Origin: Azolla caroliniana
Taxonomy: Eukaryota > Plantae > Polypodiophyta
Length of the DNA: 64,000 nucleotides
Reading direction: 5' to 3'
Assembly (NCBI GenBank): GCA_043228905.1
Contig: JBHGNT010000016.1
Span: 6,882,001 to 6,946,000, forward strand
Position 1 is the stretch's first letter; each line of letters begins with the position of its first letter. Of this stretch, positions 59,166 to 64,000 are shown piece after piece. Below the pieces are notes generated by a model that saw nothing but the letters and a program-made list of their open reading frames with translations, did no database searches and had not been told where the DNA came from. The translations under genes were made by a program, and so were the position numbers.

Positions 59166-59799
59166 TGGTAAAATGACACATGGGACCCAAAATTAAGTAT
59201 TACAGGAGAGTCTCAAGGTTTCTGGTGTGATTAAATACAAACCTATGTGTGTATGTGCATGTTCTCCCATGCCCAAGAGTTACAGTGGGGTGTCCAAATT
59301 TCAAAGATTGTGCTTTGTTGATGTATTGGGAAATTGATAGCAATAAGCGTTTTTGGATGATTTTGAATGGTTCACATCATACTAGTGGGAGGTGCTCCTC
59401 ATTCTCAATCTCTTGAGGGGAGTGTCCAAATGGCATTCATTAACCATGCCTCATTCTCAATGTTATGATTATGATTACAAGTTCAAGGGAGAATGATTGT
59501 ATATCTTTAAATGGTACAAGCAAGATGATATGTGGTTTGGTGCATGGCATGATATGACATGTGGTTGATTTGCATATAGAAAAAGCCACTTATATGAAGA
59601 TGCAATGTAGAGGTAGCTTGTGAATGGAGAGCGAAGATTTGTGAAATTCAAGTAAAAAATGTTGGGGTTCCAACTTCTCCATCCAAAGTTCTAAGGTAAT
59701 AAGAAATCCATGTATTGAACTACGTATCGTGGAAGAACCAAGCCCCCAAGAAAACTCTCTACGGTTTTCGCCTAGAAGCTATGGTTGGGGTACCTCTTA

Positions 59800-60960
59800 C
59801 ATTGGGACCACATGCCACATCCACATTGAAACCCTTTGACCTCCCACTTCTTTTCGAGAGACTTGGATGGAAATGAAACTAGGCCTAGTATAAAGCCATT
59901 TCCTTATAGAACATGTTTTTTTACTAGAACCATTTAGCTTATAAAATTTTACATATGAAATTAATATATACAAATCCCTGTAGGGACGCAATAGGTCATC
60001 TTATGTGGATGCCCACCGACTCAATAAAAGGGGAGGTCGACCATTGCTAGATGAAGGCTAGTGGTTGTCTTTCAACTCCATTGAAGTCGCCCTTGAGGCC
60101 ATCATATTGGTTTTTTAGAGTGGTTACAACTTCACTCCATATCTCTTGCATTAACACTATTGGGTGCGCGGTTTGGTTGGAGAAGACCCGTCTACACCGT
60201 TGTTTCTAGAGAGTCCAAAGAGTTATTGGGCTGATCAATTCCAACACAACTTGGGATTTGGCTTTGATAGGAGTTGAGTGGACATTGTCGATGGTGGAGA
60301 AAAAAACCTCTTGTGTTTTTATCACCAAAGCCATCCCCTCCCGATGCTCGTATCTGTCAATTGGGGCCTGCCATGATAGCCAACATATATTTCCCCACTT
60401 GATTAAGCCTTGCACTTGGAGTAATTGCAATAACCGGCCAACCCCCTGCCATATTCGATGGGACTCTAGGCAGTCCCACAAAGCGTGTCGGATTTATTCT
60501 ATTGCATTTGGGCACACTACACAATTAGGAGAGCTAAGGTTCCCATGCTGCCATGCACCAACCGGTAGTGACCTATGTATTAATAGCCATTGGAAAGTGG
60601 TGATTCGTCGTGCGTGTTGTTGTTTCCAGATTTTTTTCCAAAACTTGGTTATAATTGTGTGAGGAACATGATATGTGTGCTAGACCTTTGTAACAGCCGC
60701 CTCTCGGGCGGTTTGAGCAGCTAGAATATGGCGACCCAATCTAGTACCCCATTTTTGTTGTAAACCAATTGTCTCATGGGCCAAATTTGGCCTTAGAAGA
60801 CGTTGATATGTCTTTCTTTCTTTCTCTAGTCATGAATTGTGGTCCTGTCATAGTATTGGAGCACTACCCAAAAACTCCTATTTATATCTCATACATTCCT
60901 TGAACTAATGCTATGAGACATTAGTTGCTTTTGTGCATAGAGGCTAGGAATACCCTTCTT
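59800..60960 (-). mobile_element. L1-clade LINE ORF2 3' fragment (zf-RVT region)
   Basis: WKKIWK...FQWLLIHRSLP, CVVC...H.LWDC..S..IW zinc finger and LWTL*KQRCRRVF; boundaries approximate. Confidence 0.8.
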
Positions 60961-61032
60961 TGCTAGTATTCTTGTTGGTAATAGTTCAATCATGATTTTG
61001 GGGGCTTTTCTTAGATGATCCTATCCATCCCA

Positions 61033-61635
61033 TGTTGAAAGTTACACCAACTAAAAAGTGAAGAATGAGAGCTTGAAATGGTAAATAAAGGATACTTGGA
61101 TAGTGCAAGAACGCAAAATAGTGAAAGAAGGAAGATAAGATGGGAATTTTTTGGAACTGTAAAGAATCGGATATGATTTTGTGTAGCGAAAGATATGTGT
61201 GTTTTGTGTGTGTATGTGTGAGAGAAAAGAGAGGAGAGAAGAGAAACACAAGATAGCCAAAAGAGAAAATGAAGTACTCAAGAAGAATGTGTATATTAAC
61301 AAGGAGAATATGTAGTACAAGAATGTAGCATTACAAGGAGCAACAACCGACACTATATGAAGTAGGAGGAAGGTGCTTTATATAAGGTCACCCTCTCTCC
61401 TCATTAAACACCCATAGTCTCTCTAGAGGTATAGAAGCTCATGGGTCATGGGGAATGTAGAAGCTCATTAGTTATGTGGAATATGAAACTCATTTAAAGT
61501 TATGTGTCATAGAATATGATTCTATGACACATAGTTAATGTGTAGAGAGTAGTGGTGACTTTTGACCTTTGAGTGCTCATAGATTCTCAAAGGGTGTGTT
61601 CACACACTAGACTAAGTTGAGCTTGATTCTCAACA
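61033..61635 (-). repeat. 3' LTR of the terminal copia
   Basis: TGTTGA...TCAACA termini; PPT at 61636-61646; TATA CCTTATATAAAG near 61377-61388. Confidence 0.8.
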
Positions 61636-64000
61636 CGCCCCTCAAACTCAACTTGGATCAGCTTCCTTTGGTTGATGTCCGGTTCTCTCTTGTACTCCCC
61701 CTCAAGTGTCCAACATCCGGTTTTGCTTTCGGTGTTGTCCGACTTCTGTTCGGTTTTCGGCATTGGCATTTTCGTGGCATTTTCGGTTCGTCCCCCTCAA
61801 GCCTATGGCGAAGGCTTGTAGTGTTAAATGGTCGAAGGCCGAGTGCTTGCATCTCTGCATCCATGGATGCTAACCATCGGGGGTCACAAGAAGCTTTTGT
61901 AAAGCTTTCGGGCTCTTGTTCGATCGTGACCTTCATCGCGAAGGCGTGATGATGGGCTATATACTCGTTTTAGCCGAACCGAGTGACCGCGTTCTTCTCT
62001 CGAGATGAGCATTGGAGTTTTTCATTTGTTGTGGCAATTACTTTCTTTACACCAGGTGTCCTCATGATGGGTACATCGAAGCCACCAAACTCACTATCGA
62101 GTGAGTGAGTCAATTCGTTGTTGTCGAAGTGATCGTCTTCATATTCTAGCATTTTGGCCTAGCCTTTGTCAATCTTCGGACTTGGCCGAGATGTGCTTTG
62201 GTCGCTGGGGGGCTCTTGTGGCCCACTGAGCCTTGTTGTGATTGGATTTTCTTTGAACATATGCCTCAATTGACCTTCGTCTTCTATCTCTTGGTTGGCC
62301 AAGTTCGGGTTGACTGGAAATGATTCGGGAGGAGTCGGTTCAAGTTCGTACCATGACGTTGATTCGTCAAAGACGACATCCCGATTTACACGAACCTTCC
62401 GAGTAGAGGGGTTGAAGCACTTGTACCCTGTTTTGCTACAATGAGTACCCTACCAGGATACACTTCTCCGACTTGGGATCTAGCTTTTGCCGCTTTTCGT
62501 CGAGAATGTGTACATATGCAAGTGAGTCGAATATCCTTATATGGGATAGATCCGACTTCTTCCCATAGTACTTCTTGTGAGGGGTAAGTTCGTGCGCTCC
62601 GGATGTTGTGCACCAGTTCCTGAGGTAAACGACATTGTTTCTTGCTTCGGCCCAATATGACTTCGACATGTGCTTCTCGTTTAGCATGACACATGCTACT
62701 TTGAGGTTGTGCCGATTTTTGCGTTTGGCTACTCCGTTCTATTTTGGTGTATGTCGACATGAAAATTCTCGTCGAATTCCTTCTTATTGAAGGTATGTCA
62801 TGAATGCATCGGAGAAGTATTCCTTGCCTCCTTCTAACCGAAGACATCATACATGTTGGCCTATGGCTTTCTCGACTTCATTCTTAAAATTTTGGAAGTG
62901 TCCTCTCCTTCGGGAACGGGTACCGGTGTTGCTTGCCGAATTGGCAAGCTGCACATACGCCTTCAATCTCTTTCTCTTTGAAGGTTGGGAGCCCGATGAA
63001 GACTCCTTTTGATTGCATCCCCTTGAGCTTTTGGAGGTTGATATGGCCGATTCTCTTATGCCATAGCTCTATGTCGATGTCGTCTTTGGTGCCTTTTGCA
63101 AACATGGCCAATTTCATCTCGTGCGAATCGAGAATGAACATTCGGCCTTCCCTTTGACCGCGAGCGATGAGTCGACCTTCCTTCTCGATGAAGCAACCAA
63201 CTTGGTTGAAGAGGACTTGCATGCCTTGCTCTACAATTTGGCCAACTGAGACCAAATTATTCGTGATGGTCAGTACATGCAAGACATTCTTAATGTATGT
63301 TTTGTTTCCTTCGTTCCTGAATGGGACATTACTGATGTGCCGAATTGGATGAGTAGTGTCGTCTCCGGTCTCGATATAGCCAGGTCGGTCCAACTCTTGC
63401 AAGTCTTGGAAGCATTCTTCATGAGATGTCATATGATTCGAAGCACGGGAGTTGACGAACCATACGTCTTCCGAACATGAGGCACTAGTTGAAGTAGAAG
63501 CCAACATCACGAACATTCCACCATGGTCTTCAATCGGAGTTGGTAGCGTAATTGGTGAGTTATCGGCTTGTAGAAGTCAACTCACGCTTCTTCTTTTGGT
63601 ACTCTTCTTCGTGGTGGCCGATTTTGCCGCAATATCTGCACTCGATTGAGTTTTGTTGGTTTGGACCAGCATGGAAGCCCCCCCTTCTTCCGAACATTCC
63701 TCTATTGTTTCCGCCGAAATTGGGAGTTATTTTCATAGGTTGGACCCCATCCACGTAGTCCTCGGACGAATTGGCCTCTTCTTGCTTGATCGCATCCTCT
63801 TCCTCCGTTTGAGTGTATGTAGAGCATGTGGCCTTCTGAGGTGTTGCTCCTTGTTCAAACATGGTTTTCTTCAACCAACAACATTGATTGAAGATCGAAG
63901 AAAGAGGGAGGATTCTACATTGCTAAGACAACGGTTCTCATCGCGCCCAACCGTGGTGCGAGGCCGCCTAGGCATATTTGCACCATCTCATCATCCTCCA
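61033..64000 (-). mobile_element. Ty1/copia element with RT-RNase H deleted; continues beyond the window
   Basis: gag, CRYCGKIGH knuckle, protease (WFVNSRASNHM), WHKRIGH/CAAC, partial integrase, then EMQAL joined to LGL; PPT and 3' LTR. Confidence 0.92.

Overview
This is eukaryotic, land-plant-like DNA (microsatellite-rich, plant tRNA-type primer sites; a fern or other non-seed plant is my unverified guess). It is mostly nested transposable elements plus one host gene. Bases 1-24.6 kb are a stack of Ty3/gypsy elements: an autonomous GC-rich element A, an older pol fragment E, two gag-only non-autonomous elements B1 and B2, and an Athila-like element C with an extra 3' ORF. B2 sits in C, and C sits in B1. 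Bases 24.6-35.9 kb hold two inverted copies of a Sola2-like DDD DNA transposon separated by a Ty1/copia fragment. Copy 1 has a palindrome-filled intron and an adjacent convergent FCP1/NIF-phosphatase-like gene. Bases 37.4-45.1 kb are a complete, decayed AT-rich gypsy element D of the same lineage as A. Bases 48.0-52.5 kb are a 3-exon SDR110C-type dehydrogenase with a probable mitochondrial presequence, followed by microsatellites, an L1 LINE fragment and an internally deleted copia. The best signals are (1) the A/B/D lineage's shared cis toolkit: a -1 frameshift heptamer plus covarying pseudoknot after the protease, a tRNA-Trp PBS, a covarying pre-PPT hairpin and 4-bp CpG-centred target duplications; (2) tRNA-like Pol III boxes in D's LTRs; and (3) the apparent two-gene Sola2-like transposon. 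All family assignments come from motif recognition by eye; no database search was run.
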